Shown here: positions 8,862-17,890 of the stretch, in pieces
Layout: every line of letters begins with the position of its first letter
Position numbering within the stretch: the stretch's first letter is position 1
Origin: Spirochaetia bacterium
GTDB lineage: Bacteria > Spirochaetota > Spirochaetia > CADAEX01
NCBI GenBank assembly: GCA_017446885.1
Contig: JAFSOR010000018.1
Span: 40,758 to 64,757 of the forward strand
DNA length: 24,000 nt
Direction of reading: 5' to 3'
Position numbers and translations under genes: made by a program
The notes under the pieces: model-generated
What the model saw: only the letters and a program-made list of their open reading frames with translations
Told to the model about the DNA's origin: nothing
The model's database searches: none

Positions 8862-9184
8862 CACTCTTTATCCTGTGTGTTCTGGTTCCACCATTCTGTA
8901 GATTCAGCTTCGGTATTGCTCTTTACCGATCCAAGAAGATCATCCTTATCGGTGGATCTGTTGACCCATGCCAATCCTAAGGAAAGGATAAGGAAGAATG
9001 CGGCAAGGATAGATGTAAAACGTGTAAGCACGTTTCCAGACCTTGAGCCGAACGGTGTGTTGCTGGCTCCGCCGAAGATTCCGCCCAGTCCCTCGCCCTG
9101 CTCATCCTGTACAAGCACAAGAAGGATAAGAAGCAGCGATGCGATGACAAATAAAACAAGCAAGATAATACTTAAAATACCCAT
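8861..9184 (-). CDS. secG: Preprotein translocase subunit SecG
   Basis: 107 aa; two TM segments with LVLVQDEQGEGLGGIFGGASNTPFGSRSGNVLTRFTSILAAFF. Confidence 0.93.
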   Translation of the reverse strand: MGILSIILLVLFVIASLLLILLVLVQDEQGEGLGGIFGGASNTPFGSRSGNVLTRFTSILAAFFLILSLGLAWVNRSTDKDDLLGSVKSNTEAESTEWWNQNTQDKE

Positions 9185-9197
9185 TCAAAAAACCCCT

Positions 9198-9953
9198 TTA
9201 TTCAGCACATTTCAGTATAGCAGCAAAGCTGTCGGATTTCAAGGCAGCACCGCCTATCAGTCCGCCGTCAATATTAGGCATAGCCAGAAGGCCTGCCGCA
9301 TTCTCCGGTTTCATGGAGCCGCCATACTGAATTATCATATTCTCTGCAGCATCTGCAGAATAAATCTCAGCCAGTTTTTCTCTTATCACCTTGTGTATAG
9401 CATCTGCGTCGGCGGCGGTGGCTGTCTTTCCAGTCCCTATAGCCCATACCGGCTCATATGCAATAACAATATGAGAGAGCATTCCCTCGCTGATATCTTT
9501 TAAACCATTTACAACCTGAGAGGTTACAACCTCCTCGGCTTTTCCTGCCTCGCGCTCGGCCAATGTCTCTCCTACGCACAGGATTACATCGAGCCCTTTC
9601 GAAAGAGCCAGCTTGACCTTGCCGTTTATGAAAGCGTCGGTCTCGCCATAGTAGCTACGCCGCTCGGAATGTCCCAGAATCACCACAGAAACGCCGACAT
9701 CCTTGAGCATGTCGGGAGAAATCTCGCCTGTGAATGCCCCGCTTTCTTTATCGGACATATTCTGGGCTCCCAAAAGGACATTTGTCCCCTTGACCACTTT
9801 ATTCACCTCTGAAAGAACAGTAAAGACAGGGCAGATGGCAATCTTGCACTTAAGACCTTTTGCCTTCTCCACAATCTCCTTTGCAAGAGCAACAGCATCA
9901 GCTGTGGTCTTGTTCATCTTCCAGTTTCCAGCAATATATTTGATTCTTGCCAT
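9198..9953 (-). CDS. tpiA: Triosephosphate isomerase
   Basis: MARIKYIAGNWKMNK, GAQNMSDKESGAFTGEIS, VILGHSERR, IVIAYEPVWAIGTGKTA. ATG at 9953 preceded by AGAGGTGG. Confidence 0.97.
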   Translation of the reverse strand: MARIKYIAGNWKMNKTTADAVALAKEIVEKAKGLKCKIAICPVFTVLSEVNKVVKGTNVLLGAQNMSDKESGAFTGEISPDMLKDVGVSVVILGHSERRSYYGETDAFINGKVKLALSKGLDVILCVGETLAEREAGKAEEVVTSQVVNGLKDISEGMLSHIVIAYEPVWAIGTGKTATAADADAIHKVIREKLAEIYSADAAENMIIQYGGSMKPENAAGLLAMPNIDGGLIGGAALKSDSFAAILKCAE

Positions 9954-9961
9954 ATCCACCT

Positions 9962-11142
9962 CTATTTCTGCAAAGCCACAATGCCCGGGAGTGGGAGCCC
10001 CTGGAGGAATTCCAAAGAAGCACCGCCACCAGTAGACACATGGCTAAGTTTATCGGCAAGGCCGAATTTGTTCACAGCTGCAACAGAGTCGCCGCCGCCC
10101 ACTACTGTGGTGCCCTTGCAGTCGGCAACTGCCTTTGCGATATCCAGGGTGCCCTTGGCAAAGCTGTCGAACTCGAACACGCCCAGCGGCCCGTTCCATA
10201 CTACAGACTGTGCCTTGGCTACTGCATCCTTAATAAGGGCAATAGTCTTAGGACCGACATCCATTCCCATAAGGTTGTCAGGGATATCGACAGCATCTAC
10301 AGCAACCGGGGCTGCGTTCTCGTCGAAAGCTTCTGCTGCAATATGATCCACAGGGAGTATTACATTGACTTTTTTGTCAGCAGCTGCCTTGAGGAAGTCC
10401 CGTGCTGTATCCAGATAATCGGATTCCACAAGGGATTTTCCCACCTTGTGTCCCTGGACAGAGAGGAACGTATATGCCATACCTCCACCTATGACCATGG
10501 TGTCGCATGTCTTTAAAAGACTCTGGAGCACGCCTATCTTGGAGGATACCTTTGCTCCGCCGATTATGGCAACAAACGGATGAGCCGGATTCTCCAGAAG
10601 CGGAGCCATGAACTTGACCTCTTTCTCGATAAGGAAGCCTGCGTAGGATGGCAGGAAGTGTGCCACCCCTTCGGTTGAGGCATGAGCCCGGTGAGCTGTG
10701 CCGAATGCATCGTTCACATAGATATCGCCATAGGAGGCAAGAGCTTTGGCATATTCTGGGTTGTTGGCCTCTTCATCGGGGTAGAAGCGCACATTCTCAA
10801 GAAGTAGCACTTCGCCTGCCTTTAGGGCCTTGACCTCTTTCTCCACTTCGGGCCCTATGACATCAGGGGCAACCTTGACAGGTTTTCCAAGAAGCTCGGC
10901 AAAACGCTTGCCTATAGGAGCCATGGAGAACTCTGGATTCTTCTTTCCCTTGGGCCGGCCGAAGTGGCTCATGACAACTAAAGATGTCCCCTTCTGGGAA
11001 AGGATATACTCAATTGTCGGCAATGCGGCCCTGATACGTGTGTCGTCCTTTACAACGCCATCTTTCAGCGGAACGTTGAAATCGACCCTGATAAGAACTT
11101 TTTTCCCAGTCAGGTCTGCATCGCGGATTGTATTCAGTACCA

Positions 11143-11143
<1 letters not shown>
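9962..11143 (-). CDS. pgk: Phosphoglycerate kinase
   Basis: LTGKKVLIRVDFNVPL, VVMSHFGRPKGKK, LLENVRFYPDEE, AIIGGAKVSSKIGVL, VVGGGDSVAAVNKFG, HVSTGGGASLEFLQG. Confidence 0.97.
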
Positions 11144-12183
<1,040 letters not shown>

Positions 12184-12194
12184 TTATTATAATT

Positions 12195-12223
12195 AATATA
12201 AGATAAAGGGCTTTTTATGTCAA
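12195..12223 (-). promoter_or_regulatory. Strong sigma70-like promoter for the gap-pgk-tpiA-secG operon
   Basis: Minus strand TTGACA (12223..12218), exact 17-bp spacer, TATATT (12200..12195); about 35 nt upstream of the gap ATG with AAAGGGAG RBS. Confidence 0.65.
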
Positions 12224-13003
12224 TTTATCGAGTATGCTTTTATCAAGGTCGGGGTGAATTCCAAGCCGGGTAAGCGAGAAATCGTAGCGCACAGGGTCGG
12301 AGGGGTCGTACTGGGCAAAAGAAGCTGTTATCTCCTGGGCTGTCTTAATATCGCCAGATTTTCGCTGTGTAAAGCCCAGCCGGGTGGCTATGTCGTGCAT
12401 ATGGGTGTCCACCGGCACCAGAAGGTCGCGCTTAGATACTTTTGCCCAGCCACCCGGGTCTACAGAATCGTGGCGCACCATCCAGCGCAGGTAAAGGCTA
12501 AAACGTTTGCAGGCGCTTCCCTTTTCGGGCGGGGTTATGAGCATGCCGCAGCACCCCTTGGAATGTTCCTGTATAAAGGCCATGAAATGGCTTATGCCGG
12601 CCATCATGTCGCCCTGGGTACCGCTGGGTCTGTACCCCTCTAAGAACAGCGCCTCAAGGCTGCCGTACTGCCGCAGTGCCTCCCCTATCGCATATAGGAA
12701 CGAGGCTATTTCACGGCATTTGAAAAACCGGTATACAAAGTCTTTATACTGTGTCTTAAGCATATTTAGCGGCAGTGCGGCAAGTTCTGCTGCGGGGTGC
12801 GGTCCCAGGGGGGACAGCACCTGGTCTACTGCCTTGAGTATAAGGTCCACCCGACCTACTGCAAGCGAAGATGCAATAAGGCCAGCTACCTCGCGGTCCC
12901 GGACATCGGCATATGTGCGCACCGGGGCCAGCGGATCGGGATATATGTACTGGGGCTTATGGTATGCGGCATAGACTGTATCCAAGATTTCTTTGACTGT
13001 CAT
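12215..13003 (-). CDS. TIGR02757-type protein of unknown function (helix-hairpin-helix/DNA glycosylase-like fold suspected)
   Basis: Starts MTVKEILDTVYAAYHKPQYI; DPLAPVRTYADVRDREVAGLIASSLAVGRVD, KRFSLYLRWMVRHDSVDPGGW, LLVPVDTHMHDIATRLGFTQRKSGDIKTAQEIT. The track start at 13069 lies inside the tRNA and is rejected. Confidence 0.8.
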   Translation of the reverse strand: MTVKEILDTVYAAYHKPQYIYPDPLAPVRTYADVRDREVAGLIASSLAVGRVDLILKAVDQVLSPLGPHPAAELAALPLNMLKTQYKDFVYRFFKCREIASFLYAIGEALRQYGSLEALFLEGYRPSGTQGDMMAGISHFMAFIQEHSKGCCGMLITPPEKGSACKRFSLYLRWMVRHDSVDPGGWAKVSKRDLLVPVDTHMHDIATRLGFTQRKSGDIKTAQEITASFAQYDPSDPVRYDFSLTRLGIHPDLDKSILDKLT

Positions 13004-13009
13004 ATAAAT

Positions 13010-13039
13010 AAAAAAATCTCCTGCCGAAGCAGGAGATTT
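13010..13039 (-). terminator. Rho-independent terminator of the tRNA transcript
   Basis: Minus strand AAATCTCCTGC-TTCG-GCAGGAGATTT followed by an uninterrupted T tract: 11-bp perfect stem with UUCG tetraloop directly after the tRNA 3' end. Confidence 0.9.
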
Positions 13040-13112
13040 GGGCCCACATGGACTTGAACCAGGGACCACTCGATTATGAGTCGAGGGCTCTAACCAACTG
13101 AGCTATAGGCCC
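13039..13112 (-). tRNA. tRNA with CAU anticodon, probably tRNA-Ile2 (k2CAU) rather than elongator Met
   Basis: Minus strand GGGCCTATAGCTCAGTTGGTTAGAGCCCTCGACTCATAATCGAGTGGTCCCTGGTTCAAGTCCATGTGGGCCCA folds as a 74-nt cloverleaf; anticodon loop CTCATAA. C4-G69, U12-A23, C29-G41 and A73 favour isoleucine identity. CCA is not encoded. Confidence 0.9.
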
Positions 13113-13123
13113 GATACATATAA

Positions 13124-13152
13124 ATTAAATAAATAGAGTTTATTTGTCAATA
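13124..13152 (-). promoter_or_regulatory. Putative promoter of the tRNA gene
   Basis: Minus strand TTGACA (13152..13147), 17-bp spacer, TTTAAT (13129..13124), about 12 nt before the mature tRNA 5' end. Confidence 0.6.
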
Positions 13153-13157
13153 GATAA

Positions 13158-13185
13158 AAAAGAGCTCCTGTTTCCAGGAGCCCTA
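13158..13185 (-). terminator. Rho-independent terminator after secF
   Basis: Minus strand GGGCTCCTG-GAAA-CAGGAGCTC followed by TTTTTT; lies between the secF stop and the tRNA promoter. Confidence 0.9.
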
Positions 13186-13204
13186 TATTGCATCAAAAAT
13201 GAGC

Positions 13205-14158
13205 TTATTTATTCTCTTTGTCTTTTGCAGGGCCTACAAGTGCAGCCTCAAGATCGCCCTCGACCTTAACCTTATGAATCTTTGCCATCCAGATGTAGAG
13301 CAGAGACGGTGCGATGTAGAATGATGAATATGTACCTACACAGATACCGATTATCAGGTTGAATGCGAAGTTCTTTATAGCTCCCACGCCGAACACATAG
13401 ATGGCAACTACTGCGATAAGTGTTGTCAAGGATGTGATTATACCTCTGGAGAGTGACTGGGAGATACTGGTGTTGAGAATCTGCTTAAGAGGGCTGCCCT
13501 TGAGCAGGATAACGTTCTCCTTAACTCTGTCGAAGATAACGATTGTAGCGTTAAGCGAGTAACCGATGATTGTAAGTACAGCAGCGATTGTGGTTACATC
13601 GACCTCAAGCTGGAGTGCTCCGATAACACCTACCATTACCAGGGCATCGTGAGTCAGTGCCATGATGGAGGAAAGGCCATATGCCAGCCGGAACCGGAAC
13701 CAGATGTAGATAAGCATAAGTGCCAGCGACAGGATTATAAGCCATATAGCCTGCATACTCAGGGTCTGCGAGAACCGTGGACCCGAGAACTCGGATGACA
13801 GTACAGTTACATTTGCGGCACCGAACTTGGCATCAAGAAGGCTCTTTACCTTGTCGGAAACAGCAACGCCGGTCTGCTCGCCAGTCTCGCGCACTCTTAT
13901 GCTGTACATCTGATCTGCAGGGTCGCCTACAACCTGAATCTGTGCAGCACCTGCCGGAGCAAGAACTGAACGCATATCAGCAATATCTGCCTTTGCAGAA
14001 GCATTTATCTGCACCCGCATGTTAAGACCAGACAGGAAGTCGATTCCCAGGTTGAATCCGCCCCTTGCACCTGTGATTATGAACAGAAGGATTATCACTA
14101 CCAGGGAGGTTATAGGAGCGATATATCTAAGTTTTGTAAATTCATATACTTTTTTCAT
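13205..14158 (-). CDS. secF: Protein translocase subunit SecF
   Basis: FNLGIDFLSGLNMRVQI, MALTHDALVMVGVIGALQLEVDVTTIAAVLTIIGYSLNATIVIFDRVKEN, SQSLSRGIITSLTTLIAV. Confidence 0.96.
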   Translation of the reverse strand: MKKVYEFTKLRYIAPITSLVVIILLFIITGARGGFNLGIDFLSGLNMRVQINASAKADIADMRSVLAPAGAAQIQVVGDPADQMYSIRVRETGEQTGVAVSDKVKSLLDAKFGAANVTVLSSEFSGPRFSQTLSMQAIWLIILSLALMLIYIWFRFRLAYGLSSIMALTHDALVMVGVIGALQLEVDVTTIAAVLTIIGYSLNATIVIFDRVKENVILLKGSPLKQILNTSISQSLSRGIITSLTTLIAVVAIYVFGVGAIKNFAFNLIIGICVGTYSSFYIAPSLLYIWMAKIHKVKVEGDLEAALVGPAKDKENK

Positions 14159-14161
14159 CTC

Positions 14162-15889
14162 TTATTTCTCCCAGCTAATGCTTAATTTCTTCATGTGACC
14201 CACATCCAGACAGAAGTCAAAGATAAGTCTGGATACAAAGATTGCGGTGAACATGGAGGTTACAATACCTACAGCCAGTGTATATGCAAAGCCCTGGATA
14301 GGACCTGTTCCCAGCTGAGACATGAACACAGCTACGATGAATGTGGTTATGTTGGAGTCCATGATAGCCCAGAAAGATTTCTCGAAGCCTGCCTTTATAG
14401 CAGCGGCTGCAGTTTTACCCAGCCTGTACTCCTCTTTGATTCTCTCAAAGATAACTACGTTGGCATCGACCGACATACCTATGTTAAGAATAAGACCTGC
14501 AATACTGGTCAGGGTAAGGGTCAGATTGAATGCCGACAGGATACCTACCATAAGGTAAAGGTTCAAGAGCAGCATACAGTCTGCGATGACACCTGCTCCC
14601 TTGTAGTAGATAATCATGAAGATGATTACCAGGAGAAGACCAAGGCCCATGGCCCTGACACCCTGACGGATTGAGTCTTCGCCCAAAGAAGCACCTACTG
14701 CCTGCTGGTTACTTACTTCCAGGGAAACTGGAAGGGCCGCAGTTCTTAGAACCAGTGCTATATCCTGAGCTTCCTGCTTGTCGAGGCCTGACATGCGGAC
14801 CTGACCGCCCGAGATAGCTTCCTGGATTGTCGCACCAGCCTTTACATTGTCATCAAGGACAATGGAAAGGGTTTTCTTTACGTTTGCAGAGGTAAGCTTA
14901 AAGAAGATATCGGCACCTTCCTTATCCAGTGCAAAGTTGATTACAGGGCGGCCTGTGACAGGGTCGTTACCCACCTGTGCATCCACTATGTGTGAACCGT
15001 CAAGACCGATTTCCTCGCGGATTGCAATATGGTTTACTGTATAGTCGATTCCGTAGTTGTCTTTCTGCACAAAGCGCCTGCATACAACGCCGGCAGGGAG
15101 GATTGACTTGTCAATCGGCTGCTCGTCTGCATCCAGAGCACGGCCAGGATTCTGGTCGATATAAGCTCTTAAAGCCTGTGTAGCATCGTCATCTACAATA
15201 TGGAAATTGAGCTTTCCTTTTCCCATGAGGAATGCGTTGACACGCTCAGGGTCTGCGGCACCCGGGATTTCGATGGTTATTCCAGTATCTCCCTGCCGCC
15301 GGATCTGAGGCTCGGTAATACCGAACCGGTCGATTCTGTTGTTAAGAATCTCGATGGCACGGTCAATAGCACCCTTCTTGTCCTCGGCTGTAGGAGTCCT
15401 GCCCAGTTTTTCGCCCAGGCTGTCCATATCTGCCTCAAGCAGTACTGTCATACCGCCAGAAAGGTCAAGACCAAGCTGGAGAATGCTCTTGCTCTTCTCC
15501 TTAAGGCCCATGATATCGTCGCGGTAATATGCCTCTATGGTGTTAAAAAGCTGCTTCTTTGTCTTAAAGCTGCTTAAAACCTGCTGAATGCTCCATGTCT
15601 TAGGGGCATCCTTCTTCATCAGCTTGTAGTTTGCAGCAGCCTTGTCCTTAAGGAAGCTGTACTCAGCTGGAATTGCCTGATTCGGGTTCTCTTTGACCAT
15701 AGCCTCAAGCTTTTCCAAATCTTCGGCAGCCTTGGTCTGAGAGAAATTCCTGATCTGCTCTCTGGAGCCTGTAGCAATTGCCTTGGTGTCCTTGTCTACC
15801 CCGAAATACCATTTTCCGGTAGGATAGAGAAAGACTGTAGCAACAGCCACAACCAGAAGCACTATAATAAATCTGGCTCTCTTACTCAT
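14162..15889 (-). CDS. secD: Protein translocase subunit SecD
   Basis: ILQLGLDLSGGMTVLLEAD, AIEILNNRIDRFGITEPQIRRQGD, LTLTSIAGLILNIGMSVDANVVIFERIKEE. Confidence 0.96.
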   Translation of the reverse strand: MSKRARFIIVLLVVAVATVFLYPTGKWYFGVDKDTKAIATGSREQIRNFSQTKAAEDLEKLEAMVKENPNQAIPAEYSFLKDKAAANYKLMKKDAPKTWSIQQVLSSFKTKKQLFNTIEAYYRDDIMGLKEKSKSILQLGLDLSGGMTVLLEADMDSLGEKLGRTPTAEDKKGAIDRAIEILNNRIDRFGITEPQIRRQGDTGITIEIPGAADPERVNAFLMGKGKLNFHIVDDDATQALRAYIDQNPGRALDADEQPIDKSILPAGVVCRRFVQKDNYGIDYTVNHIAIREEIGLDGSHIVDAQVGNDPVTGRPVINFALDKEGADIFFKLTSANVKKTLSIVLDDNVKAGATIQEAISGGQVRMSGLDKQEAQDIALVLRTAALPVSLEVSNQQAVGASLGEDSIRQGVRAMGLGLLLVIIFMIIYYKGAGVIADCMLLLNLYLMVGILSAFNLTLTLTSIAGLILNIGMSVDANVVIFERIKEEYRLGKTAAAAIKAGFEKSFWAIMDSNITTFIVAVFMSQLGTGPIQGFAYTLAVGIVTSMFTAIFVSRLIFDFCLDVGHMKKLSISWEK

Positions 15890-15906
15890 AAAATCTCCCC
15901 AGTTGT

Positions 15907-16263
15907 TTATTTATTTTCTTTTTTGTCTTCGACTTTCTCAGCCTCTGCAACCTTAGCCTCGTGGCTCTCGAGCACAGCGGCAATAGCTGGTTTGACAAAC
16001 TCAATCTTTGTGTTGTCATCAACCTTGACAACTACAGTCTGCTCTTTTACGGCCAGGATAACGCCCCTGATTCCTCCGATAGTCTGAACCTTGTCAAACT
16101 TCTTGAGGGCACTGAGCATCTTCTGTGTCTCTTTCTGCTTCTTATTCTGCGGTCTGATGATGAAGAGGTAGAAAATTGCGATTACACCGGCAAATGTTAT
16201 GAATGTTGTCACAGCAGAGCCGGCTGCCTGGAGAACAGGCATTCCCATAAGAATACTACTCAT
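15907..16263 (-). CDS. yajC: Preprotein translocase subunit YajC
   Basis: ITFAGVIAIFYLFIIRPQNKKQKETQKMLSALKKFDKVQTIGGIRGVILAVKEQTVVVKVDDNTKIEF. Confidence 0.94.
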   Translation of the reverse strand: MSSILMGMPVLQAAGSAVTTFITFAGVIAIFYLFIIRPQNKKQKETQKMLSALKKFDKVQTIGGIRGVILAVKEQTVVVKVDDNTKIEFVKPAIAAVLESHEAKVAEAEKVEDKKENK

Positions 16264-16299
16264 TTTGCTTCCTTTAATAATAAAATCACTAATTTTATA

Positions 16300-16328
16300 T
16301 AAATATCACTAATAAGGCCGATAGTCAA
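16300..16328 (-). promoter_or_regulatory. Putative promoter of yajC-secD-secF
   Basis: Minus strand TTGACT (16328..16323), 17-bp spacer, TATTTA (16305..16300); AAAGGAAG RBS before the yajC ATG. Confidence 0.5.
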
Positions 16329-16332
16329 TAAA

Positions 16333-16593
16333 CTAGGCTGTCACACCAAAAATCTTTTTAAGCTCTGCAAAGCTTTCCACCGGCTGGCCTGTCAGAGCAT
16401 TGTACTTGTCCAGAACCAGAAGTTGCTCAGATTCTGCCTTGGAATAGATGGCAGAACACACTGCCGCCTTGATCATGCCCCTGTCAAAAAGCTCGGCTGT
16501 GGACAGTTTTCCAAACTCCTTAGCCGATTTTTTATCGACAACTCCAGAATCTCCATCGTAGCCTATTGTAAAAATAAACTCTTCCCGTGTCAT
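16333..16593 (-). CDS. Small hypothetical protein (86 aa)
   Basis: MTREEFIFTIGYDGDSGVVDKKSAKEFGKLSTAELFDRGMIKAAVCSAIYSKAESEQLLVLDKYNALTGQPVESFAELKKIFGVTA. Preferred start at 16593, just downstream of the carboxypeptidase stop; the longer 165-aa track ORF starts inside that gene. Confidence 0.7.
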   Translation of the reverse strand: MTREEFIFTIGYDGDSGVVDKKSAKEFGKLSTAELFDRGMIKAAVCSAIYSKAESEQLLVLDKYNALTGQPVESFAELKKIFGVTA

Positions 16594-16615
16594 ATCTTTT
16601 TTATTATAAGGAATT

Positions 16616-17890
16616 TTACCGTGGAAAAGCAAGGGAAAAATTAAGGGCTGAATTTTTTTGTCCAAGGGCTTTGATTGAACCTGTAAGACGCCGCCACAGG
16701 CTGCCCTGTCCTGTCCCCTCCTCTGCAACCAGCGGATATATTGCCAGCGGGTTTCCGTCCAAAGATACTGTGCAGCTTCCCACCTGGTCTCCGGCGGCTG
16801 CCCTTTTAATCCCCTTGGCAAGTGATACATTCCAGCTTAGCTTATAAAGCTGGCTGTATGGGATGCAGATCTGCTCATTCCCGGCAACTGCTACAGGCAC
16901 AGAATCGGAAGCACAGCCGAAGACCGGCACATTTACAGGGGCAGGCAGCACCGGGAAAAAGGTTCTGAAAGTGTGGAAGCCGTAAGAAAGAAGGCTTGCC
17001 CCCTCCTCCATGCGCATCAGCTTGGCGTTCATTATATCCTTTGCCTTTATTCCCATTATTACAGCCACCAGGCGCATACCATCCCGCTCGGCAGTAAGCG
17101 ATATATTGTAGCCCGATTCGTCTATGTAGCCTGTCTTAAGGCCATCCACGCCAGCATAGCGGCCCAGAAGGTCGTTGCTGTTGTTTATTGACCTGCTGCC
17201 CATCTTGAAAGCCTCTTGATTTGTAAGGACATCCAGATATTCTATGAAGTTCTGGACATATATGCGGCAGAACTGGCAGAATTCCAGGGCGTTAACCTGA
17301 TTTGTCTCCTCATACCCTGCCGGGTCGGTGAATACAAAGGAGCTGAAACCCAGCTGCTTTGCCTTCTGGTTCATCATCTCGACACAGGCATCTCTGCTTC
17401 CTCCGACCAGCATTGCCACAGCCATGGCAGCATCGTTGCCAGAGGTGACCATAAGGCCGGTCAAGAGATCGCGCAGCTTTATCCGCTGCCCGGCCCGGAT
17501 GTACATAAGGGAACTGCGGTAAGGAGCCCTCTCGAAGTCGGCCTCGGGCGGCACAACTATATCCTGGTCCAGGTCTAGTTCGCCCGATTTTACCTTCTCC
17601 ATAACAAGATAGGTGGTCATAAGCTTGGTCATGGAGGCAGGCGGAATTATCTCTTCGGCATTCTTTGTGTATAAAACTGTACCTGTATCGTAATCCATAA
17701 GGACAGCCGCCTTGCACTGGAGCACCGGTTCAGGCACTGTGGAAAAGCCGTTGTAGACATCGGAATAGGGAATCTCTGGAGTCTGCTCCTTGGGCGGGGC
17801 GACACAGGCCCTGATGCCTGAAACTATTCCGAACAGGATGGCAGCCAGGATGATAATCTTTATTATTCTTTTTACAGTACGCTTAATCAT
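16616..17890 (-). CDS. D-alanyl-D-alanine carboxypeptidase (penicillin-binding protein, S11 family)
   Basis: Active-site motifs SMTK (IIPPASMTKLMTTYLV), SGN (LMVTSGNDAAMAVA) and KTG (VDGLKTGYIDESGYN), with an N-terminal hydrophobic signal/anchor. Confidence 0.95.
   Translation of the reverse strand: MIKRTVKRIIKIIILAAILFGIVSGIRACVAPPKEQTPEIPYSDVYNGFSTVPEPVLQCKAAVLMDYDTGTVLYTKNAEEIIPPASMTKLMTTYLVMEKVKSGELDLDQDIVVPPEADFERAPYRSSLMYIRAGQRIKLRDLLTGLMVTSGNDAAMAVAMLVGGSRDACVEMMNQKAKQLGFSSFVFTDPAGYEETNQVNALEFCQFCRIYVQNFIEYLDVLTNQEAFKMGSRSINNSNDLLGRYAGVDGLKTGYIDESGYNISLTAERDGMRLVAVIMGIKAKDIMNAKLMRMEEGASLLSYGFHTFRTFFPVLPAPVNVPVFGCASDSVPVAVAGNEQICIPYSQLYKLSWNVSLAKGIKRAAAGDQVGSCTVSLDGNPLAIYPLVAEEGTGQGSLWRRLTGSIKALGQKNSALNFSLAFPR

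Noticed and set aside
13003-13069. Extended N-terminus (MVPGSSPCGPKSPASAGDFFIY) for the TIGR02757-type protein
   Set aside because: These codons translate the tRNA 3' half and its terminator; the ATG at 13003 gives the natural N-terminus.
15200-15577. Plus-strand ORF antisense to secD
   Set aside because: Shadow ORF opposite a highly conserved SecD region; no independent coding support.
16594-16830. N-terminal 79-aa extension of the small ORF at 16333
   Set aside because: It overlaps the end of the carboxypeptidase gene in another frame and is Arg/Gln/Trp-rich noise; the ATG at 16593 is the sensible start.
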